Origin: Candidatus Acidiferrales bacterium
GTDB taxonomy: Bacteria; Acidobacteriota; Terriglobia; Acidiferrales; UBA7541
Assembly (NCBI GenBank): GCA_036401315.1
Contig: DASWVE010000043.1
Span: 37,944-101,943 of the forward strand
Length of the DNA stretch: 64,000 nucleotides
Reading direction: 5' to 3'
Shown: positions 1-7,343 of the stretch, piece after piece
How the letters are laid out: each line of letters begins with the position of its first letter
Numbering within the stretch: position 1 is the stretch's first letter
The notes under the pieces: generated by a model
What the model was told of the DNA's origin: nothing
Seen by the model: the letters and a program-made list of their open reading frames with translations, nothing else
The model's database searches: none
Translations under genes and position numbers: made by a program

Positions 1-390
1 CCGCAGCTTTTCTCCGGTGGAAGCTTTGCTGGAAAGCTCGCCACGCAGAATTTCGGACTGGCGGGCAAATGCGCGGCGGCCGATTTCGCGCAGCACCGCG
101 TCCTTGCTGGGAAAGTACCGGAAAAATGTCGGCTGGCTTACGTCCAGCACGTTGACGATGTCGTCGATCCGCGTGTTTTCGTAGCCGCGCTCCAGAAACA
201 ATCGCTGCGAAGTTTTGACGATGTCCTGGCGCAGCTTGGCTTTCTTGCGTTCACGCAGGCCGAGCGCTTCCGGAGTGGCGCCGAGCGCAACCGGCGAATC
301 GTTAGCGGGACGCCCGGAACCGGGGCGGTTGCGCTCGTTCGCGCCTGCCGCCATGCCCGATTCTCGCGATTTATTTTTGGCGCGCGCCAT
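1..390 (-). CDS. TetR/AcrR-family transcriptional regulator (N-terminal part; C-terminus runs off the left edge)
   Basis: Own translation of the minus strand from the ATG at 390 gives MARAKNKSRESG...RERKKAKLRQDIVKTSQRLFLERGYENTRIDDIVNVLDVSQPTFFRYFPSKDAVL, a canonical TetR N-terminal HTH. It is absent from the ORF track because no stop lies in the window. A GAGGTG Shine-Dalgarno lies about 8 nt upstream. Confidence 0.85.
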   Translation of the reverse strand, partial: MARAKNKSRESGMAAGANERNRPGSGRPANDSPVALGATPEALGLRERKKAKLRQDIVKTSQRLFLERGYENTRIDDIVNVLDVSQPTFFRYFPSKDAVLREIGRRAFARQSEILRGELSSKASTGEKLR

Positions 391-455
391 GCCCCGAACA
401 CCTCTGGCCTGAAGAAAGCTGCCCAGCAGCGGCAAATATTGAAATTGCGAAGGTC

Positions 456-464
456 ACTCTAACA
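456..464 (-). promoter_or_regulatory. candidate extended -10 promoter (TGtTAGAGT) for the left TetR gene
   Basis: The minus strand reads TGTTAGAGT about 65 nt upstream of the ATG at 390. Same motif class as several other intergenic sites in the window. Confidence 0.35.
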
Positions 465-634
465 TTTAAGTCGCACACGTCAAGATGCAGAAAAGCAGCC
501 AGGCCAAGGCCGAGGGGCGCTGGAAAATGTTGGCGGGGTCGCCGGGAGTACCAGAACGCACCGGTCGCCGCTCGGGCGGCCCTCAGTTCCTGAAAAACTC
601 GCATTTTTCCGCTTGCTAGTAATACGAACGGTCG

Positions 635-643
635 TGCTATTAT
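635..643 (+). promoter_or_regulatory. candidate extended -10 promoter (TGcTATTAT) 7 nt upstream of the TetR start codon (leaderless candidate)
   Basis: TGCTATTAT at 635-643, then 7 nt (attcgca), then ATG at 651. No Shine-Dalgarno between them. Confidence 0.4.
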
Positions 644-650
644 ATTCGCA

Positions 651-1277
651 ATGAAAATGCCTCACCCCAAGCCGAAAGTCAAGCGCGCCCGCGGCGTCAA
701 GACTCGCGATTCTATTCTCCACCTGGCCGTCAACCTCGCTTCGGTCGAAGGCCTGGAAGGTCTGACCATCGGAAAATTGGCCACCAAGCTGGGCCTCAGC
801 AAAAGCGGCTTGTTCGCGCATTTTGGTTCCAAGGAAGAGCTGCAGCTCGCCGTGGTGGAAACCGCCCGCACGATTTTCGCCGAGCGGGTGATCAAGCCCG
901 CCTTGCAGGAAAAAGGTGTCGCCCGCTTGCGCACGCTGTATCAGAACTACATCGTTTATTCCGAAGCTAAAGTGTTTCCCGGTGGATGTTTTTTCTCCGC
1001 GGTGTCTTTGGAATTCGACGACCGCCCCGGTAAGGTCCGCGACCTGATCATGGCTTCGATGAAAACGTGGCTCGAAATGCTGGAAGGAACGGCGCGGGCC
1101 GCGCAGGCCATGAACGAGATCAAGCCGGACGTCGACCCGCATCAGCTTGCTTTTGAAATGCACGCGCTGGCTTCGGCGGCGAACTGGAGCTCGCGTTTGT
1201 TTAAGGATCGCACCGCTTTTCGCACCGCACGCACGGCGGTCTTGCAGCGGCTGGAGCAGATCACCACGGTGAATTAG
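651..1277 (+). CDS. TetR/AcrR-family transcriptional regulator
   Basis: 208-aa ORF. The N-terminus TRDSILHLAVNLASVEGLEGLTIGKLATKLGLSKSGLFAHFGSKEELQ is a TetR HTH. Divergent from the other TetR gene. Confidence 0.9.
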   Translation: MKMPHPKPKVKRARGVKTRDSILHLAVNLASVEGLEGLTIGKLATKLGLSKSGLFAHFGSKEELQLAVVETARTIFAERVIKPALQEKGVARLRTLYQNYIVYSEAKVFPGGCFFSAVSLEFDDRPGKVRDLIMASMKTWLEMLEGTARAAQAMNEIKPDVDPHQLAFEMHALASAANWSSRLFKDRTAFRTARTAVLQRLEQITTVN

Positions 1278-1294
1278 CGGAGAGGCAGGAACGC

Positions 1295-2164
1295 ATGGGC
1301 CCGAAACGTTGGATCCCACGGTTAGGATTGGTTCTGACGATTTTCAGTTGCGTTCCGTGCGTTCGCGCTCAGCAGAATTCCTCTTCCGAAATTCCTTTGC
1401 AGCGCTGCGACCGCCTGCCCGTCGTGATGGTTGAAGTCGATCACGCCCAGATGCGCTTCCTGGTCGATACCGCGGCGACTTCCATGTTGAACGCCAAATC
1501 ATTTTCGACCGGACGTTCCAAGCAGGTCGAGATCGCGTCTTGGAATGGCACCAAAGAAGCCAACGCGCGCGAGGTTTTGATTCCGGAAATGCGGCTTGGT
1601 AATCGCCGGCTGCTGGACGTGAAGCTTCCGGCCATCGATTTGAGCGCCATCGCCAAAGCCTGCGGCGGCCCTATCGACGGAATTTTCGGCGTCGATCTGC
1701 TCGAACAACTCAATGTGACCATCGACCTCAAACGCAGCGTGGCACATCTAGGCCTGCTGCCGCCCAGCCCGGCGGAGATGGAAAAGATCCGCGACATGGG
1801 TGCGGCGATGAACGCATGCTCCGAGGCTTACAACGCAGCCGACGCCGATCAACTGGCCGAATGTTTCGATTCTGATTTCGTGTTGATCAGCCCGGAAGGC
1901 GAATTCCACGGCCGCGAAAATGCGCGCATTCATTTCCGCAACGATTTCTCCACCTGGGGACCGAATCTTCGGCTCTCCATGACCATGAAAGACCAGCAGG
2001 CCGTGGGCGACGTAGTCTGGAGTTCCTACGATTACACGCTCGAATCGGCATCCGTGCATTTTGCCGGACACGGCATGATGCTCTGCCGCAAGGAAGCCGA
2101 CCGCTGGTACATCCTCAGCATCCACGAATCAGCGGCCGATTCGGCCGCGATCCACCCGCGTTAG
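1295..2164 (+). CDS. secreted retropepsin-like aspartic protease domain fused to SnoaL/DUF4440-like (NTF2-fold) domain
   Basis: 289 aa. Signal peptide MGPKRWIPRLGLVLTIFSCVPCVRAQQ. Clan-AA signatures FLVDTAATSM and IDGIFGVDLL. The C-terminal half AYNAADADQLAECFDSDFVLISPEGEFHGRENA...WYILSIHES is typical of SnoaL-like proteins. Lies 17 nt downstream of the TetR gene. Confidence 0.7.
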   Translation: MGPKRWIPRLGLVLTIFSCVPCVRAQQNSSSEIPLQRCDRLPVVMVEVDHAQMRFLVDTAATSMLNAKSFSTGRSKQVEIASWNGTKEANAREVLIPEMRLGNRRLLDVKLPAIDLSAIAKACGGPIDGIFGVDLLEQLNVTIDLKRSVAHLGLLPPSPAEMEKIRDMGAAMNACSEAYNAADADQLAECFDSDFVLISPEGEFHGRENARIHFRNDFSTWGPNLRLSMTMKDQQAVGDVVWSSYDYTLESASVHFAGHGMMLCRKEADRWYILSIHESAADSAAIHPR

Positions 2165-2287
2165 TTTCGACCGCGCCTTTTATTCATTCGCAACTTGGCA
2201 ACGGACGGTCCATTGTGCGCCGCGAAACGCGACGATAAGCTCGCGAGTAGAACGGTGTTCGGTGAGATTACTCGAGAGGGGTGAACG

Positions 2288-2677
2288 ATGCGAAGCCTGG
2301 GAAGCCTGGTCGGATTGCTGGTCGTCGCCTTGATCGCCGTGCTGGGCTACAAATTCTATTTCGAGAAGGCGCAGTCCACGGCTGGCACCGCGACGCCCAT
2401 GCAGACGATCGACGTCGTCGGAGTAAAAAACGATCTGATCGCCATCGCCCAGGCCGAACGAGCCTACCAGGCCGAACACGGTTCCTATGCTTCGCTGGCC
2501 GATCTAAATTCGAGCGGCGCCATGTCCATGACCAAAACCAGCCGCGACGGCTACACCTACGATGTGGAAACTTCGGCCAGCAGTTTCAGAGTTATCGCCC
2601 ACTGCCCTGCGACCGTAACTCCCGGCTGCCAGAATTGGTCGGTGGACCAAACCATGGAGGTGCAGCCCGCGCAGTAA
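2288..2677 (+). CDS. membrane-anchored pilin-like hypothetical protein
   Basis: 129 aa. One N-terminal TM helix (LVGLLVVALIAVLGY), then IAIAQAERAYQAEHGSYASLADLNSSG...DGYTYDV...FRVIAHC, resembling type IV pilin/pseudopilin globular heads. No G-F-T-L-I-E prepilin motif. GAGAGGGG SD upstream. Confidence 0.55.
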   Translation: MRSLGSLVGLLVVALIAVLGYKFYFEKAQSTAGTATPMQTIDVVGVKNDLIAIAQAERAYQAEHGSYASLADLNSSGAMSMTKTSRDGYTYDVETSASSFRVIAHCPATVTPGCQNWSVDQTMEVQPAQ

Positions 2678-2686
2678 AGTTCCAAA

Positions 2687-3199
2687 CTACCCAATAGGTC
2701 TCGCCGCGGTCGACGCCGCGCCGGGCAGCTTCGTTCCGCAATTGGGGCAATTGGCCCAGCCGGGTTCGACGCTCTTGCCGCAACTCGGGCACGTGGGTTG
2801 CAGCGAAGCGCCACAGTGCGGGCAGAAGGTGAATCCTGGGCGCACGATGTGCGCGCACTGCGGGCACGGCTTCATCGGCGGATCGCGCAGGATGAAGTAC
2901 AGAATTATGCCGATGGCGTTGGGAATGAACATGGCCAGCAGCGTCCACATCACGTAACGCATGCCACGGCGCTGGGCGTCTCCATTCACATAGCCGATCA
3001 GCAGGATGTAAATGGTCAGGACCAAGCCTGAGCAGAAGATCAGTGCGATCTTGGCCGCTTCCGGAATGCTCTGCATGACTTGATCCGTCGAGTAGCGGAA
3101 AATCAGGAACCAGGCCACCACCGAGACAACGTAAGCGACCACTGCGGTTATCCGCGCAGCATTCGGAATGACTTTCAATTCTTCAGTGAAGCGACTCAT
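2687..3199 (-). CDS. membrane protein with PLDc_N-like TM segment and C-terminal double zinc-ribbon
   Basis: Start taken at MSRFTEEL (ATG 3199), which overlaps the anti-sigma stop in ATGA. TM helices are present. WTLLAMFIPNAIGIILYFILR is a PLDc_N-like motif. C-terminal CPQCAH..FCPHCG..CPSCG..CPNCG motifs. The longer track ORF (to 3571) overlaps the anti-sigma gene. Confidence 0.7.
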   Translation of the reverse strand: MSRFTEELKVIPNAARITAVVAYVVSVVAWFLIFRYSTDQVMQSIPEAAKIALIFCSGLVLTIYILLIGYVNGDAQRRGMRYVMWTLLAMFIPNAIGIILYFILRDPPMKPCPQCAHIVRPGFTFCPHCGASLQPTCPSCGKSVEPGWANCPNCGTKLPGAASTAARPIG

Positions 3200-3669
3200 G
3201 CCAAGCTCCTTTCGCGCCGCTGCTGCAAGGACAACAGAACCGCGGCCGCGCCACCGCCGACCCAGACCAGCGTCGTGAAAACTCCAAACACGATCCAGGT
3301 GTGGCTGAATCGCGGGTCGATCACGCTCAAAAATCCTCCGCTGACAAAGCGCACCACCGGCCAGCTCATCAACGTCACCATCCACGCGAAGGTGATCAGG
3401 CCGAACATCACCGCGCGATTCCATTTGTGTTCGACCTGTTCCGCCAGGCGAACCTGCGCCGCGGCTCGCGCGCGTTCGACGACAATGCCGCGCGGCTGTG
3501 GCGTGGGCAGACGGCGCAGGCCGCCCGCGAGCATCCGGTATTCTTCCAGTTGCTGCGCGCAGGCAGCGCACCCGCGCAGATGTTCGGCCACCAAGCGCTC
3601 TTCGTTCTCGTTCAGAACTTCGGCGGCGGCCAGCGGCAGCAAATCGCGGATTTTCTGGTGGTCGCTCAT
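3196..3669 (-). CDS. anti-sigma factor (zf-HC2 type, membrane-spanning)
   Basis: 157 aa. The N-terminal EHLRGCAACAQQL fits H-x3-C-x2-C. TM helices in the C-terminal half. 4-nt overlaps with both neighbours. Confidence 0.8.
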   Translation of the reverse strand: MSDHQKIRDLLPLAAAEVLNENEERLVAEHLRGCAACAQQLEEYRMLAGGLRRLPTPQPRGIVVERARAAAQVRLAEQVEHKWNRAVMFGLITFAWMVTLMSWPVVRFVSGGFLSVIDPRFSHTWIVFGVFTTLVWVGGGAAAVLLSLQQRRERSLA

Positions 3670-4244
3670 TGCCAGGTTTCTCCGGGAAATTTGGATTCGA
3701 GCCCTTCGCGCAGACGTTCGAGCGCGCGGCGCAATCGCGTCTTCACCGTCGAAAGCGGCGTGCCCAGAATTTCCGCAATTTCTTCCAGTTTCATTTCTTC
3801 CTCGAAGCGCAGCGTGAGCACTTCGCGCTGGATCATCGGCAGCATTTCCATGGCGTCAGCCAGCCGGCTGCCGCGTTCACGCGCGAGAACGCGATCGAAG
3901 GCCGCCGGTTCGTGCGAAACCAAGCGCGCCACCGCAGTCTCGCCGTTTGTCGAATCGCCTACCGGTTCGTCCAGGCTATCGGGCCGCACGCGGCGCAAGT
4001 GATCGATGGCCAGATTCCGGGCCAGCGTGAACAGCCAGGCTTCGAAATTCCGGCGCTGGTCGTAACTGTGAATTTTTTCGGCGACGCGCAGCCAGGTTTG
4101 CTGAAAAAGATCTTCGGCTTCCGCGGGCTGGCGTACGATGCGCAGCAGATAACGATACAAACGGTTTTGATAACGCGCCAGCAGCGCCGAAAGCGCGTCC
4201 AGGTCGCCGCGTCGAAGTTGGGCAATCTCGCTGTCCAGGCCCAC
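3666..4244 (-). CDS. ECF (sigma-70 family group 4) RNA polymerase sigma factor
   Basis: Region 2 (LYRYLLRIVRQPAEAEDLFQQTWLRVAEKIHSY) and region 4 (REVLTLRFEEEMKLEEIAEILGTPLSTVKTRLRRALERLR). I prefer the GTG at 4244, preceded by GGGGGAG plus 4 nt. The track ORF extends to the ATG at 4313. Confidence 0.85.
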   Translation of the reverse strand: MGLDSEIAQLRRGDLDALSALLARYQNRLYRYLLRIVRQPAEAEDLFQQTWLRVAEKIHSYDQRRNFEAWLFTLARNLAIDHLRRVRPDSLDEPVGDSTNGETAVARLVSHEPAAFDRVLARERGSRLADAMEMLPMIQREVLTLRFEEEMKLEEIAEILGTPLSTVKTRLRRALERLREGLESKFPGETWQ

Positions 4245-4383
4245 GCCACTCCCCCATATCGCTGCCGCTGAACTTATTCCGGTTGCGCCGAAGATCGCCG
4301 AGCCGAGCATCATATCCGGTATACGGTTGGCAGCGAGAAAAAGACTCAGGGTTGTTGCGTCCCGCCACGAATGACAAGTCGTG

Positions 4384-4392
4384 TGTTATAAA
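4384..4392 (+). promoter_or_regulatory. candidate extended -10 promoter (TGtTATAAA)
   Basis: TGTTATAAA lies 13 nt upstream of the ATG at 4406. No SD between them. Confidence 0.35.
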
Positions 4393-4405
4393 TGAGTTCT
4401 GGCCT

Positions 4406-5764
4406 ATGCCCCAAGTATTTTCTGAGCCTTTCAACGCTGTTTCGGGCCGCCCCACGTTACTGATCGAGCCGCCAAACGCATTCGTCGACGAAGAGATTGC
4501 CATCGTCGCGCGCGGGTTTCGTCCGGGCGCGCGGGTCACGCTGTCCGCCGAAACGCGCGATGATTTAGACCGCGCCTGGGAATCCGAAGCGCACTTTTTT
4601 GCTGACGGTGCCGGCGGCGTCGACGCCCGCACGCAGAAATCTTTGGACGGAACTTATCGCGGCGTCTCCGCGATGGGACTTTTCTGGTCGATGCGTTTGA
4701 TCGAACCCGGTGGCGCGGCAAGTTCGACTTTTGCGAAGACCACTACGGAACCTAACCGCGTACAAATCTCGGCACAGGTCGAAGGCGAGGTGGTTTCAAC
4801 TTCCGCCTTTGAGCGCCGCTTTCTCGCACCCGGAACGATGGTGCGCGATTTGACCATCGACGGAGCCGATGCGAATTCCGCTCCCGTCACGGTCGGACGG
4901 CTGTTCGTTCCTCCCGGCGTAGCGCGACCTCCGGTCGTGGTCGTCCTCAGTGGGTCCGGCGGCGGTTTCGATGTTGATAAAGCCGCCGTGCTCTCTCGCC
5001 ACGGGTTCGCCACGTTTGCCCTCGCGTATTTCGGGATCGACCCGCTGCCCTCGTGGCTCCATCGCATCCCGCTCGAATATTTTGAAAGCGCGATCGCCTG
5101 GCTCGGCGCTCAGCCTGAAATCGATGCCGAGCGCGTCGGCATCCTCGGCGTTTCTCGCGGAGCCGAACTCGCGCTTTTAGTCGCTTCCTCGACGCCGACG
5201 ATTCGCGCGGTCGTCGCCTACGCTCCAAGCAGCGTGGCTTGGGCCGCGAGTGGCCGCGATAAAGCCACCGGTGAATTGATTCCCTGCTGGACGCGGGGCG
5301 GTCAGCCAATCCCTTTTGCGCCGCTTCCCCTGCGCGGATTCATGCTGCGCTCGGCGTTTCCGGTCGCGGCGCTCAAGCGCCCGGTCCTTTTCCGGAATCT
5401 TTTTCGCGCTGGTTTGCGAAATCGCCGAGCCGCGGAGCACGCCTCGATTCCGGTGGAAAATATGAGTGGGGCCTTGCTGCTCGTTTCCGGCGGCGATGAT
5501 CATCTTTGGCCCGCAGCGGAGATGAGCGAGAGGATTGTTTCGCGACTCAAGAAGAAGGCCTTCGCGCACGCGGTGGAACACCTGCACTATCCCGAAGCGG
5601 GCCACATGCTTCGCTATCCGTTCTTGCCCACCACTCCGCGCGTTTCCTCGAACAAGCATCTGCGTGGCGCGAAATTTTCTTTTGGGGGCAATCCCGAAGC
5701 GGACGCTGCGGCGCAGGAAGATGCCTGGCGCCGCGCCATCACCTTCTTGCAGCAGCATCTGTAA
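4406..5764 (+). CDS. acyl-CoA thioesterase / BAAT-family alpha/beta hydrolase
   Basis: Start at MPQVFSEPF. The N-terminal beta-sandwich pattern (LLIEPPNAFVDEEIAIVARGFRPGARVTL) and the C-terminal hydrolase with nucleophile elbow GVSRGAE match the BAAT/acyl-CoA thioester hydrolase architecture. Confidence 0.75.
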   Translation: MPQVFSEPFNAVSGRPTLLIEPPNAFVDEEIAIVARGFRPGARVTLSAETRDDLDRAWESEAHFFADGAGGVDARTQKSLDGTYRGVSAMGLFWSMRLIEPGGAASSTFAKTTTEPNRVQISAQVEGEVVSTSAFERRFLAPGTMVRDLTIDGADANSAPVTVGRLFVPPGVARPPVVVVLSGSGGGFDVDKAAVLSRHGFATFALAYFGIDPLPSWLHRIPLEYFESAIAWLGAQPEIDAERVGILGVSRGAELALLVASSTPTIRAVVAYAPSSVAWAASGRDKATGELIPCWTRGGQPIPFAPLPLRGFMLRSAFPVAALKRPVLFRNLFRAGLRNRRAAEHASIPVENMSGALLLVSGGDDHLWPAAEMSERIVSRLKKKAFAHAVEHLHYPEAGHMLRYPFLPTTPRVSSNKHLRGAKFSFGGNPEADAAAQEDAWRRAITFLQQHL

Positions 5765-5841
5765 AAACGTTCGCCGCAGTGGCCCTCCGTGCGACCGGTC
5801 CCGTGGTCCACACCGCTGGAAACCGGCCCTTGTCATCCTTG

Positions 5842-5850
5842 TGTTAGAAT
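5842..5850 (+). promoter_or_regulatory. candidate extended -10 promoter (TGtTAGAAT) 9 nt upstream of start codon
   Basis: TGTTAGAAT at 5842-5850. GTG at 5860 and ATG at 5863. No SD. Confidence 0.4.
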
Positions 5851-5859
5851 GCGCGTATC

Positions 5860-6642
5860 GTGATGAAAATCCTTCAGGACCTGCTCGAGCTGCAGAGCGT
5901 CGATACGCGGCTGCAGGCGGTGCGCACTCGCCTGGCCGCCGTCCCCAAACGCACTGCCGACGTGGAAAAATACGTGATCGCCGCGAAAGCCGAGCTGGAT
6001 AAATCCAAAGCCGCGCAAATCGCCGTGATCCGCGACCGCAAAAAATACGAGCTGGACGTCGAGCAGTGGAAAGAGCGCGTGAAGAAGTACAAAGATCAAA
6101 CCTCGCAGGTGAAAACGAACGAGGCCTTTAAGGCCCTCCAGCACGAAGTCGATAACGGCGAGAAAGAAATCACCAACGCTGAAGATCGCCTGCTGGAACA
6201 AATGGTGGCCGGCGAAGAGTACGAGCGCAGCATCAAGGCCTCCGAAAAACTGGTGAAGGAAGCCGAGGATGTCGCCAAGGTCCAACGCGCCAAGATCGAA
6301 GCGGAAAAAGCCGAAGCGGAAAAAGAACTGGCGCAACTGACCGCCGAACGCGCGCACGCCGTCGCCGAAATTCCGGAAAACATGATGGATCACTACGACC
6401 GCATCATGCGCAAGCACGATAACGTCGCGCTGGCGGAAGTTCGCGATGAAAAATGCAGCGCCTGCGGCATGCGAGTGCGTCCGCACGTCTCGCAAGCCAT
6501 GCACCGGTCAACCTCGGATGAAATGTTTCACTGCGAAACCTGCACGCGCATCCTTTACTACACCGAACCCACGGCCGCTGCCGCAGTTGCCAACGCGCAG
6601 CCGGCATCGTCGTCGCCGGGTTCCACTCATCACGAGAACTGA
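5860..6642 (+). CDS. COG1579-type coiled-coil / C4 zinc-ribbon protein
   Basis: 260 aa. N-terminal LLELQSVDTRLQ, a long coiled coil, and C-terminal CSACGMRV...FHCETCTRILY. This family is classically found next to RNase H or Nif3 genes. Confidence 0.8.
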   Translation: MMKILQDLLELQSVDTRLQAVRTRLAAVPKRTADVEKYVIAAKAELDKSKAAQIAVIRDRKKYELDVEQWKERVKKYKDQTSQVKTNEAFKALQHEVDNGEKEITNAEDRLLEQMVAGEEYERSIKASEKLVKEAEDVAKVQRAKIEAEKAEAEKELAQLTAERAHAVAEIPENMMDHYDRIMRKHDNVALAEVRDEKCSACGMRVRPHVSQAMHRSTSDEMFHCETCTRILYYTEPTAAAAVANAQPASSSPGSTHHEN

Positions 6643-6647
6643 CGCTC

Positions 6648-7331
6648 TTGCCACGATCCTCTAAAACTACAGCCCCCGGCACCGCCCGCCTTTTCGCCGA
6701 ATCGCAAGCTGCGATTCCCGCCGGCGTGCACGTCGCCAATATTGATGGCGCTTCGCGCGGTAATCCCGGGCCTGCTTCTTACGCCGTGGTGCTGCGCGAT
6801 CCTGAAGGCAAAATCGTTCTGGAGCTAGCCAAAAATATCGGCCGCGAGACCAACAACGTCGCCGAATATTTTGCGCTGCTCGCTGCTCTGGATTACGCCA
6901 CCATGCACGGCATCGCGTCGTTGCGCATTCGCAGCGATTCCGAATTGCTGGTCCGGCAGATGCAGGGCGTATACAAAGTGAAGAGTCCCGATCTGAAACC
7001 GTTGCAGGAGCGCGCCGCGAAGCTAGCGCGCCAGTTGCAGTACTTCGCGATCGAGCATGTTCGCCGCGAACTGAATAAGGATGCGGACGCGCTGGCGAAC
7101 GTGGCGCTCGACGCGGGTGGGACGGCGAAGATTGAGAAGCGCGCCCCGGAACATCGCGCGTCAGGCGAGAACGCTCCCGCGCATCCCGCCGCGCCGGAGA
7201 GCGCCGCGGCGCAGCTTCCGCGTGCGCTTCGGGCCCGCTATGTAAGTGGAAATTTGGTGCCGAGCCAGCCGCTGGACCTGCCAGATGGAACCGAAGTAGT
7301 TCTCGAAGTGACCCTGCCGCCGAAATTCTAG
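6648..7331 (+). CDS. RNase HI-family ribonuclease with C-terminal DUF104-like tail
   Basis: IDGASRGNPGPASYAVVL...NNVAEYFALLAALDYA...IRSDSELLVRQMQGVYKVK...NKDADALAN carries the RNase H type-1 catalytic motifs (DG..., E, D, D). TTG start at 6648; an alternative GTG at 6726 is possible. Confidence 0.8.
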   Translation: MPRSSKTTAPGTARLFAESQAAIPAGVHVANIDGASRGNPGPASYAVVLRDPEGKIVLELAKNIGRETNNVAEYFALLAALDYATMHGIASLRIRSDSELLVRQMQGVYKVKSPDLKPLQERAAKLARQLQYFAIEHVRRELNKDADALANVALDAGGTAKIEKRAPEHRASGENAPAHPAAPESAAAQLPRALRARYVSGNLVPSQPLDLPDGTEVVLEVTLPPKF

Positions 7332-7343
7332 TCGAACGAAAAA

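Noticed and set aside
4245-4313. N-terminal 23-aa extension of the ECF sigma factor (ATG 4313)
   Set aside because: A strong GGGGGAG SD precedes the internal GTG at 4244, and the resulting 192-aa size is typical for ECF sigmas. The extension is hydrophobic and Gly/Ser-rich, unlike sigma region 1. It remains possible.
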